A stretch of DNA of 64,000 bases from an uncultured Eubacteriales bacterium (GTDB lineage Bacteria > Bacillota > Clostridia > Oscillospirales > Oscillospiraceae). Of the stretch, positions 56,429 through 64,000 are shown one piece after another. Made by a program: the position numbers and the translations under genes. The stretch covers positions 117,207-181,206 of the forward strand of contig URLO01000001.1 in the NCBI GenBank assembly GCA_900548625.1. Direction: 5' to 3'. The notes under the pieces are model-generated. The model searched no databases. It was not told the DNA's origin and saw only the letters and a program-made list of their open reading frames with translations. The first letter of the stretch is position 1. Each line of letters opens with the position of its first letter.

Positions 56429-57121
56429 ATGATGATGCAGAAGATCAAGATCGGAGCAGTGACCATCGGTCAGTCTCCCAGAACGGATATTACAGAGGAT
56501 GCGGGGCGCTTTTTCGGCGACCGGGTCGAGCTCCTGGAATTCGGGGCGCTGGACCGTTACACGCTGGAGGAGGCCAAGCAGCTCCAACCGATCCCCGGTG
56601 ATTATGGTCTCACCAGCCGCCTGCGCGACGGCACGGAGGTGCATTTTTCAAGAGGACAGGTCATGGAGGAGATGCAGCGCGGCATTCACCTTCTGGAGGA
56701 GCGCGGCGTAAAGCTGATCCTTGTCTTCTGCACGGGCGCGCTGCATGGGCTTCATTCGAATGTACCGATGCTGGAGCCGAATCAGCTCCTGCGCGCCATG
56801 GCGCCGCTTCTGACCCAGAAACCTCGCATTCTGACGCTGACTCCGTCCGAGACTCAGGTGCAGCAGTGCGAGCGGCGCTGGAAGGAAGCGCAGCCGGACT
56901 TTGAATTTACGACCTTCCCGGCTTCCCCGTATTTGGGAGATCCCTTCACGGAGGAACTGGTCAGCCGCATCAATGCCGTTGAAGACGCAGATCTGGTCAT
57001 CATGGACTGCCTCGGCTTCTCCGCCGCGATGCGCGACCGGCTGCAAGCACGGATCAATAAAAACATCCTGCTGCCAAGGTCACTTCTGTTCCGTGTAGCA
57101 TGCGAATTGCTCGGAATATAA
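56429..57121 (+). CDS. AroM-family protein
   Basis: N-terminus KIKIGAVTIGQSPRTDI is characteristic of AroM. Confidence 0.6.
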   Translation: MMMQKIKIGAVTIGQSPRTDITEDAGRFFGDRVELLEFGALDRYTLEEAKQLQPIPGDYGLTSRLRDGTEVHFSRGQVMEEMQRGIHLLEERGVKLILVFCTGALHGLHSNVPMLEPNQLLRAMAPLLTQKPRILTLTPSETQVQQCERRWKEAQPDFEFTTFPASPYLGDPFTEELVSRINAVEDADLVIMDCLGFSAAMRDRLQARINKNILLPRSLLFRVACELLGI

Positions 57122-57155
57122 AAAATTTGAGAAGAAAAAACTACGGAGGGAAATT

Positions 57156-58862
57156 ATGAGTTCAAATGAGAACAAAGACGTTACCGCCGCAAAAGAACCG
57201 GTCATGGTTACCATTGAGGCCGGTAAGCAGGTGGACGTCCGCACGCTGAAGGCATCGGATCATGTAAAGGTATTTGACCCGATGATTCTTTTGGTCACCA
57301 TTCTTGCATCCTGCTTTGGCGCGATCATCGACCTGGAGCTGATGACCCGCGTTGGCGTAAGCCAGAACACCTCGATCATCGGCGCGCTGCTCGCCGTCGT
57401 CATCAGCATGATCCCCGGCAAGCTCTTCCGCCGCTTTAGGAACGTTCATGCACAGAACCTCGTTCAGACGTCCATCTCCGGCGCAGCTTATGCCGCCGCA
57501 AACGCAATGATCCTCCCGATCGGCATTCCCGTGCTGATGGGCAGACCCGACCTGATGCTCCCCGTGCTGTTCGGCGTGACGCTCGCCGCCATCGTGGACT
57601 GCTTCCTGGTCTACAAGGTATTTGACTCCCCCATGTTTGCCGCAACCAATCCGTTCCCGTCCGGCATCGCCACCTCTGAGACGATTCTGGCACTTGCAAA
57701 CCGCGGCAAGCGTTCCCTGCTCCTGTTCGTCGGCATGGGCGCCGGCATCGCAGGTAAGGCCGCCGGCATCCCGATGGACCTGTTCGGCGTGTCTTGGTTC
57801 GCCAACCTGCTGGCGATGATGGCGTTCGCTCTCGGCAGCATTGCCAAGGGCAGCCTGATCCCCATGTGGACGGCGGCTATCGGCGCGGACGCTGTGCCGA
57901 CCATGATCACCTACCTGCCTCACGGCATGATGGTCGGCGCGGGCCTGATCTCCCTGATTCAGGCGGCGCTCGTCCTCGGCAAGAAGAGCAAGAAGAGCGC
58001 AGAGAAGGCCGCTCAGGATACAACCGGCGAGCGCTCCGTTACCATGGAAAGCATGCGCAAGTCCCTCGGCATTGGCTTCGTGCTGTTCCTCGGCATTGCG
58101 CTCCTGCTGGCATTCATCACCGGTATCTACGCCGAAATGAGCACTGGTCAGCTCGTGGCATGGCTCCTCTTCGCAGCCTTCGCAGCCATCTCTTCCGAGC
58201 TCGTCTGCGGCCTGTCCTCGATGCACTCCGGTTGGTTCCCCGCAATGGCAACGGCTCTGATCTTCCTCGTGGTCGGCATCATGATGGGCTTCCCCGCAAT
58301 GCCGCTTGCAATTCTGGTTGCCTACACCTCTTCCACCGGCCCTGCGTTCTGCGACATGCAGACCGACCTGAAGTGCGGCTGGATCCTTCGTGGCCGCGGC
58401 GCGAACCCCGAGTTCGAAAAGGCCGGCCGCAAGCAGCAGTTCATCTGTGAGCTGCTCGGCTGTGGCGTTGCATTCGTGATGGTCCTCCTGCTGGCGAACA
58501 CCTACTTCGACCAGGGTCTGTTCGTTCCCACCACCAAGACCTTCATCGCCACCATCGACGCAGGCGCGAACGCCGAAGTCGCGAAGTGGCTGCTCATCTG
58601 GGCGATCCCCGGCGCAGTGCTCCAGCTCATCGGCGGCCCCCGCCAGCTCGGCATCATGTTTGCTACCGGCCTGCTGATCGGCAACACGCGCAACGGTCTG
58701 ACCGTGCTCGTCGCCCTCTTGATCCGTATTGTCGCGACCCGCTGGGACAAGAAGAAGGCACAGGATCTTCTGTACATCCTCGGCGCTGGCTGCATTGCCG
58801 GTTCCGCTCTGTATAGCTTCTTCGCCTCTACGCTGAAGCTGACGAACATCAACAAGAAGTAA
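57156..58862 (+). CDS. OPT-family oligopeptide transporter
   Basis: 568 aa with ~15 TM helices and an OPT-like glycine-rich helix pattern. Confidence 0.75.
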   Translation: MSSNENKDVTAAKEPVMVTIEAGKQVDVRTLKASDHVKVFDPMILLVTILASCFGAIIDLELMTRVGVSQNTSIIGALLAVVISMIPGKLFRRFRNVHAQNLVQTSISGAAYAAANAMILPIGIPVLMGRPDLMLPVLFGVTLAAIVDCFLVYKVFDSPMFAATNPFPSGIATSETILALANRGKRSLLLFVGMGAGIAGKAAGIPMDLFGVSWFANLLAMMAFALGSIAKGSLIPMWTAAIGADAVPTMITYLPHGMMVGAGLISLIQAALVLGKKSKKSAEKAAQDTTGERSVTMESMRKSLGIGFVLFLGIALLLAFITGIYAEMSTGQLVAWLLFAAFAAISSELVCGLSSMHSGWFPAMATALIFLVVGIMMGFPAMPLAILVAYTSSTGPAFCDMQTDLKCGWILRGRGANPEFEKAGRKQQFICELLGCGVAFVMVLLLANTYFDQGLFVPTTKTFIATIDAGANAEVAKWLLIWAIPGAVLQLIGGPRQLGIMFATGLLIGNTRNGLTVLVALLIRIVATRWDKKKAQDLLYILGAGCIAGSALYSFFASTLKLTNINKK

Positions 58863-58935
58863 TCAAATCCAAACCGTGCCGGCCCCGAGCAACACTGCAA
58901 AGGGCCGGCATTTCTTAGAAAGGCAGATAATCAAA

Positions 58936-59886
58936 ATGAAACAGGAAAGCTTGAAGGATATTGCAAAAAGAATGCTGGTGACCTGCCTCGGCGCAAAAGC
59001 CGGTGAGCAGGTGCTCGTGGTGACGGATGATACGCGCCTGAGCATCGGTCAGGGAATCTATGCGGCGGCGCAGGAGCTCGGCTGTGAGGCGATGCTCATG
59101 CAGATGGCGCCCCGCGAGGTGGCAGGCGCGGAGCCGCCTGCGGCGGTGGCGCGCGCCATGCAGGAGGCAGATATTGTGATCTGCCCGACGGCAAAATCCC
59201 TGACCCATACCAACGCCCGCATCAAGGCTGTGGAGCACGGCGCCAGAGTGGCGACCATGCCCGGCATCACGGAGGAGATGTTCTATCAGGGCGCCATCAC
59301 GGCTGACTATGAGCAGGTCAAGCGGATGACCGAGACCATTTCGGATATGCTGACAAAGGCAAAGACGGCGCGCATCGTCAAAGAGGACTGTGAGCTGACC
59401 ATTCAGCTCTCCGGACGCAACGGCGTCATCAGCTCCGGCGTCTACCGCAACCCCGGCGAGTCCGGCAACCTGCCCTCCGGTGAGGCGTACATCGCACCGC
59501 TCGAGACGCAGTCCGAGGGCGAAATGATCATCGACGGCACGATGGTCGGCATTGGCAGACTTTCCAGCCCGCTGCACGTCACGGTTCGTGAGGGCAAGCT
59601 CGTCGCCATCGAGGGCGAAAAGAGCGAAAAGGTCGGCATCCTTCTGGAAACGCCCGAGAACGCCACGCTCTGTGAGCTGGGCATCGGCACGAACGAGAAG
59701 GCGCTGCTGTGCGGCGTCACGCTCGAGGACGAGAAGATCTACGGCACGGTTCACATTGCCTTTGGCACGAACACGTCCTTCGGCGGCATCAACAAGGCGG
59801 CATGCCACATGGACGGCATCATCCTGAAGCCGACGCTCTATCTCGACGACAAGATGGTCATCTCCGACGGCGAATTTACGCTGTAA
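58936..59886 (+). CDS. putative aminopeptidase (M29/AmpS-like)
   Basis: 316 aa; belongs to the conserved peptide-utilisation neighbourhood; motif-level assignment is weak. Confidence 0.4.
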   Translation: MKQESLKDIAKRMLVTCLGAKAGEQVLVVTDDTRLSIGQGIYAAAQELGCEAMLMQMAPREVAGAEPPAAVARAMQEADIVICPTAKSLTHTNARIKAVEHGARVATMPGITEEMFYQGAITADYEQVKRMTETISDMLTKAKTARIVKEDCELTIQLSGRNGVISSGVYRNPGESGNLPSGEAYIAPLETQSEGEMIIDGTMVGIGRLSSPLHVTVREGKLVAIEGEKSEKVGILLETPENATLCELGIGTNEKALLCGVTLEDEKIYGTVHIAFGTNTSFGGINKAACHMDGIILKPTLYLDDKMVISDGEFTL

Positions 59887-59897
59887 AGCAAAGACAA

Positions 59898-60197
59898 AGA
59901 GCCCAACCCGAACGGGTTGGGCTCTGAGCGTGTCAAAATAGTCTTTTTGACACGCTCTCAAACGCGAACCGCGTGGCTGGGTTCGCGTTTGAAAGGGCCG
60001 CGCCCGCCTGCGCGCATAATTTGTGCGCAGTGTGCGCACAAATTCCACACTTGTCGGGCGTTTTGTGTTTTGTCCGATGTACACGCCACCGGACAAAACA
60101 AATTGACATTTTATTCGCGCCTGCGGGCGCGAACTCTACGAGGTTTTTTGACAGTCTAAGAGCCCAACCCGAACGGGTTGGGCTCTTGCTTTTTTTG
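59898..60197 (+). ncRNA. copy B of the ~300-nt multi-hairpin repeat element, plus-strand orientation
   Basis: Reverse complement aligns to copy A at ~85% over ~250 nt. Terminal palindromic hairpins agagcccaaccc-gaac-gggttgggctct at both ends, the 3' one followed by TTTTTTT. Confidence 0.6.
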
Positions 60198-60222
60198 TGA
60201 AGGGAAGCGGTGCAAAAGGCGC

Positions 60223-60642
60223 TCAGATCTCCGCCTTCGTCTCGCAGTACAGGCAGCGGTAGGTGCGCTTTTCGCGGTCGGTCAGTGTAAAGACCTGCGG
60301 AAGCTCCTGCTCGACCGAGGTGATGCAGCGGGGGTTCTTGCAGCGGATCACGTTCGTGATGCGCTCCGGCAGCTTCAGCTGGCGCTTTTCCACGCGCTGG
60401 CCGTCCTTGATGAAGTTGACGGTGATGCCGGGATCGACATAGCCGATCACGTCCCAGTCGAGATCCAGAATGCGGTCGATCTTGATGATGTCCTTGCGGA
60501 CGAGCTTGTTGCTGACCACGTTTTTCAGCAGCGCCACGGTGCAGTCGAGCTTGTCCAGACCCAGAATGTTGTAGAGATCCATGGCCTTGCCGGCGGTGAT
60601 GTGGTCAATGACGATACCATTGGAAATTGCATCAATAATCAT
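60223..60642 (-). CDS. pyrI: aspartate carbamoyltransferase regulatory subunit
   Basis: 139 aa; C-terminal Zn-binding CKNPRC...CLYC. Confidence 0.85.
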   Translation of the reverse strand: MIIDAISNGIVIDHITAGKAMDLYNILGLDKLDCTVALLKNVVSNKLVRKDIIKIDRILDLDWDVIGYVDPGITVNFIKDGQRVEKRQLKLPERITNVIRCKNPRCITSVEQELPQVFTLTDREKRTYRCLYCETKAEI

Positions 60643-60657
60643 CTGTATAATCCTCCC

Positions 60658-61572
60658 TTATTCGATGCCAAGCAGCTTCAGAATCAGCGCCATGCGGATG
60701 TAGCGGCCGTTGCGGACCTGTCTGAAATAGCAGGCGCGCGGATCGTCGTCCACGGCGACGGAGATCTCGTTGACACGGGGCAGCGGATGCAGGATGCAGA
60801 GGTCCTGCTTTGCCGTTCTCAGCTTCTCCGGCGTCAGAATGTAGCTGTCCTTCAGACGCAGATAGTCTTCTTCGTTGAAGAAGCGCTCGCGCTGCACGCG
60901 GGTCATGTAGAGAATGTCGAGCTCGGGCATGACCGCCTCGAGATCGGTGGTCTGCTCGTAGGGGATGTTGTTCTTCTTGAGCGCCTCGTTCTTTACATAG
61001 CTCGGCAGCTTCAGCTCCTCCGGGGAGATCAGGACGATCTTGATGCCGGTGTAGCGGCTGAGGGCGCTGATGAGCGAGTGGACAGTGCGGCCGAACTTCA
61101 GGTCGCCGCAGAAGCCGACGGTCAGGTCGTTGAAGCGGCCCTTTTCACGCTGGATGGTGAGCAGGTCGGTCAGCGTCTGGGTGGGGTGGTTGTGGCCGCC
61201 GTCACCGGCGTTGATGACCGGCACCTCGGAGTGCATGGAGGCCACCAGCGGCGCGCCTTCCTTCGGATGACGCATGGCAATGATGTCGGAGTAGCAGCTG
61301 ACGGTGCGGATGGTATCTGCAACGCTCTCGCCCTTGGCGGCGGAGGAGCTGTTGGCGGACGAGAAGCCCAGCACCTGTCCGCCGAGGGACAGCATGGCGG
61401 ACTCGAAGCTCAGTCTCGTGCGCGTCGAGGGCTCGAAGAACAGTGTGGCAAGAATTTTTCCGTCACACTTGTGGGCATAGGCCTCGGGTCTTGCGATCAT
61501 GTCGTTCGCAGTGGCGACCAGCTCGTCGATCTCCTGCGTGCTGAGCTGCAAAATGTCAATCAGATGGTTCAT
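60658..61572 (-). CDS. pyrB: aspartate carbamoyltransferase catalytic subunit
   Basis: STRTR carbamoyl-phosphate motif, HPTQ, HPLP. ATG 61572 with GGAGG RBS; the 5' extension in the track is Ser-rich junk. Confidence 0.85.
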   Translation of the reverse strand: MNHLIDILQLSTQEIDELVATANDMIARPEAYAHKCDGKILATLFFEPSTRTRLSFESAMLSLGGQVLGFSSANSSSAAKGESVADTIRTVSCYSDIIAMRHPKEGAPLVASMHSEVPVINAGDGGHNHPTQTLTDLLTIQREKGRFNDLTVGFCGDLKFGRTVHSLISALSRYTGIKIVLISPEELKLPSYVKNEALKKNNIPYEQTTDLEAVMPELDILYMTRVQRERFFNEEDYLRLKDSYILTPEKLRTAKQDLCILHPLPRVNEISVAVDDDPRACYFRQVRNGRYIRMALILKLLGIE

Positions 61573-61573
61573 G

Positions 61574-62221
61574 TTAGTGGTTTCCTCCAATCCAAGATTC
61601 GTCTGCGGGGTTGTTGCGGAACTGGATGAGTCTTGCAACGTCCTCCGGCTGGATATACTTCTGTTCTGCCGCAACGGCGGCGATGACGTCAAAATTCGTC
61701 AGACTGCGATTTTTGACATTGGCCTCTGCCAGACGGGTCAGACCCTTCTGCATACCGTAGGTGAAAATGCTCGACACGCCGAGCACGTCTGCACCGGCCT
61801 CGCGCAGGACGTTGACCACGTCCAGAACGCTTCCGCCGGTGGAGATCAGGTCCTCGATGACGACGACCTTCTGCCCCGGCTCCAGCTTGCCCTCGATCTG
61901 ATTCTTGCGGCCATGGTCCTTGCCGGACGCGCGGACATAGCCCATCGGCAGGTTCATCATCTGCGCGACGATCGCCGCGTGCGCGATGCCCGCCGTGCTG
62001 GTGCCCATCAGCACCTCAACCTGCGGATATTCCTCGCGGACGACCTGCATCAGCGCCGTTTCCACGGCGGTGCGCACCGCGGGCGCAGTCAGAATCAGGC
62101 GGTTGTCACAATAGACCGGGCTCTTGATGCCGCTTGCCCAGATGAACGGCTCGTCCGGGCGAAAGAATACGGCGCGAATGGACAAAAGTCCCTCCGCAAT
62201 GCGGCGTTCCAAATTTTCCAT
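61574..62221 (-). CDS. pyrE: orotate phosphoribosyltransferase
   Basis: PRPP-binding [13 protein letters not shown]; ATG 62221 with AAAGGAG RBS. Confidence 0.8.
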   Translation of the reverse strand: MENLERRIAEGLLSIRAVFFRPDEPFIWASGIKSPVYCDNRLILTAPAVRTAVETALMQVVREEYPQVEVLMGTSTAGIAHAAIVAQMMNLPMGYVRASGKDHGRKNQIEGKLEPGQKVVVIEDLISTGGSVLDVVNVLREAGADVLGVSSIFTYGMQKGLTRLAEANVKNRSLTNFDVIAAVAAEQKYIQPEDVARLIQFRNNPADESWIGGNH

Positions 62222-62232
62222 AGCAGCTCCTT

Positions 62233-62883
62233 TCATATCGACGACAAAATCAGTTTTTTTACTTCCTCCGGCGTGGCGGCGATCGCCGCTGCGCCGGCTG
62301 TTTCCAGTTCCTCGCGGCTTCCGTAGCCGTAGAGCACGCCGACCGTCTCCAGACCGGCCAGCCCGGCGCCCTGAACGTCGTGCCTGCGGTCTCCGACCAT
62401 CACGGTGCGGCCAGGCTCCGTGCAGCGCGCGCTCCGCAGCGCCGCCTTGACCACGTTCACCTTTTTTCCTGCCTCCGGGTCGCCCTCCGGCGCGCCGCAG
62501 ACAGCCTCAAAATAGCCGGACAGGCCGAAGTGCTCCAGCACCCGGACGGCCATCGCCTCGGGCTTGGACGTGGCGACATAGAGCTTGCAGCCCGCGTCCC
62601 GCAGCCCTTGCAGCATCTCCGGCACGCCGGGGTAGGGCGCGTTGTCGAGCCAGCCGTCCGTCCGGTAATATTCGCGGAATTTTTCCACGATGGCGGGGAT
62701 ATCCTCCGCCGGGACGAACGAGGCAAACGTCTCGTTCAGCGGCGGGCCGACGAAGAAGGAAAGCGACTGCCACGGCTTTTCGATGCCGTAGGCGCGCAGC
62801 GCGTACTGCGCCGCCTTCATAATGCCGGGGCCGGACTCGGTCAGCGTCCCGTCCAGATCGAACAGTACGGTGTTCCAGCGCAT
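62233..62883 (-). CDS. HAD-IA family hydrolase (phosphatase)
   Basis: DLDGTL motif I, ATSKP motif II, GD...D motif III. Confidence 0.7.
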   Translation of the reverse strand: MRWNTVLFDLDGTLTESGPGIMKAAQYALRAYGIEKPWQSLSFFVGPPLNETFASFVPAEDIPAIVEKFREYYRTDGWLDNAPYPGVPEMLQGLRDAGCKLYVATSKPEAMAVRVLEHFGLSGYFEAVCGAPEGDPEAGKKVNVVKAALRSARCTEPGRTVMVGDRRHDVQGAGLAGLETVGVLYGYGSREELETAGAAAIAATPEEVKKLILSSI

Positions 62884-62886
62884 CGC

Positions 62887-63585
62887 TTACCCCACGAATT
62901 CCTGCACGCAGCGGCGGTAGGCGGCGACCGGGTCGTCTGCCTGCGTGATCGGGCGGCCGACAACGATGTAGTCGGAGCCGATCTCTCTGGCCTTTGCGGG
63001 CGTGGTGATGCGCACCTGATCGTCTGCCTTGCTGTCGGCAAAGCGGATGCCGGGCGTCACGGTGACGAAGCGATCAGAGCAGGCCTCATGGATCTTGCCG
63101 GCCTCCAGCGGCGAGCAGACCACGCCGTCAAGCCCTGCCAGCTTTGCATTTTTGGCGTAGTCAATGACGACATCGGCAAGCGGCTTGCAGATCCCGATCT
63201 CCTCCTCCATGCTCTGCTGGCTGGTGGAGGTGAGCTGGGTCACGGCGATGAGCAGCGGGCGCGTGCCATCCGCGCGGGTGAGCCCCTCCAGCGCCGCCGT
63301 CATCATGGCGCGCGTGCCTGCCGCGTGCAGGTTCACCATGTCCACGTCGAGCGCCGACAGCACCGCCATCGCCTTTTTGACGGTGTTGGGAATGTCGTGC
63401 AGCTTCAGATCGAGGAAGATCTTGTGGCCTCTTGCCTTGATGTCCCGGACGATCTGCGGTCCCTCCGCATAAAAAAGCTCCATGCCGATCTTGACGAACG
63501 GCTTTTCTCCGGTGAAGCGGTCGAGAAACGCGAGCGTTTTCTCCCGTCCGTCAAAGTCCAGTGCGATGATGACGTCCTTACCCAT
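62887..63585 (-). CDS. pyrF: orotidine 5'-phosphate decarboxylase
   Basis: IIALDF...DLKLHDIP...K motifs; 232 aa. Confidence 0.85.
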   Translation of the reverse strand: MGKDVIIALDFDGREKTLAFLDRFTGEKPFVKIGMELFYAEGPQIVRDIKARGHKIFLDLKLHDIPNTVKKAMAVLSALDVDMVNLHAAGTRAMMTAALEGLTRADGTRPLLIAVTQLTSTSQQSMEEEIGICKPLADVVIDYAKNAKLAGLDGVVCSPLEAGKIHEACSDRFVTVTPGIRFADSKADDQVRITTPAKAREIGSDYIVVGRPITQADDPVAAYRRCVQEFVG

Positions 63586-64000
63586 GATGTGCGCCTCCTA
63601 TGATTTGTGTCAGATTTGTGATGTGATATTGTTCCATTGTCTGCGGCAGCGCGCGGACGATATCGCGGCAGGCATAGGGATCGACCAGATTTGCCGCGCC
63701 GACCTCGACGGCCGTGGCGCCTGCCAGCATCAGCTCCAGCACGTCCTGCGCCGACTGCACACCGCCCATGCCGATGATGGGGAGCTTCACCGCCTCGTAC
63801 ACCTGCCAGACCATCCGCACGGCCAGCGGGAAAATGGCGGGGCCGGACATGCCGCCGGTCTTGTTTGCAAGCAGCGGACGCTTGGTGCGCAGGTCGATGC
63901 GCATACCCATCACGGTGTTGATGAGGCTCAGCGCGTCTGCGCCTGCGTCCTCACATGCGCGCGCGATGTCGGTGATGCTCGTGACGTTCGGGGAGAGCTT
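63578..64000 (-). CDS. pyrD: dihydroorotate dehydrogenase, C-terminal part (5' end beyond window)
   Basis: [25 protein letters not shown] is the class-1 DHOD C-terminus. The ORF runs off the window edge. Confidence 0.7.
   Translation of the reverse strand, partial: KLSPNVTSITDIARACEDAGADALSLINTVMGMRIDLRTKRPLLANKTGGMSGPAIFPLAVRMVWQVYEAVKLPIIGMGGVQSAQDVLELMLAGATAVEVGAANLVDPYACRDIVRALPQTMEQYHITNLTQIIGGAHHG

Overview
This is a GC-rich (~60%) Firmicutes (Clostridia-like) chromosomal segment with at least two integrated mobile elements. Region 1-24.6 kb is one arm of a siphovirus-like prophage, transcribed leftward. It runs from terminase large/small subunits, two tandem ParB-nuclease + PAPS-reductase pairs and an embedded Na+/solute symporter, through an early/replication module to a divergent Cro/CI switch, a lipoprotein and a large serine recombinase (LSR) at the right end. 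The module holds ParB, a methylase-like protein, an FtsK-gamma protein, a RecU-like resolvase, a SleB-like hydrolase, a replisome organizer, SSB, NinB, a Sak4-like ATPase and many small Zn-ribbon proteins. Region 24.7-33.2 kb is a host locus with a cobalamin-riboswitch-like leader (core matches the Rfam consensus), a C-terminally truncated tyrosine integrase remnant, two adjacent 24-bp perfect palindromes, and a frameshifted ~2,060-aa surface protein (DUF4430 B12-binding-like N-terminus, cadherin-like repeats, C-terminal SLH domains). Region 33.2-43.1 kb is a second island with several HTH regulators, a sigma-70 region-4 protein, a DUF2800-like nuclease interrupted by an in-frame TAG, a strikingly AT-rich membrane-protein gene, XRE + DUF1016 nuclease, a second LSR and an orphan gene fragment. 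Region 43.4-50.6 kb is a TetR-headed cluster (KTR Cys-rich protein, aspartyl protease, isochorismatase, CPBP protease joined out of frame to an ABC-exporter-like permease, lipoprotein, GNAT, ABC ATPase) ending in a truncated S9 peptidase. Then come dsdA with a convergent LysR regulator, a peptide-utilisation cluster (M20 peptidase, DUF1177, AroM, OPT transporter, M29-like aminopeptidase) and the pyrI-pyrB-pyrE-HAD-pyrF-pyrD operon. The most unusual signal is a ~300-nt multi-hairpin intergenic element present in two diverged, oppositely oriented copies, each downstream of a peptidase gene, with compensatory substitutions that preserve four stems. No rRNA, tRNA or CRISPR array was found. Note: the six-frame track and the printed sequence disagree by one nucleotide around 35976-36060, so boundaries computed from the printed sequence may be off by +/-1; feature coordinates follow the track frames.
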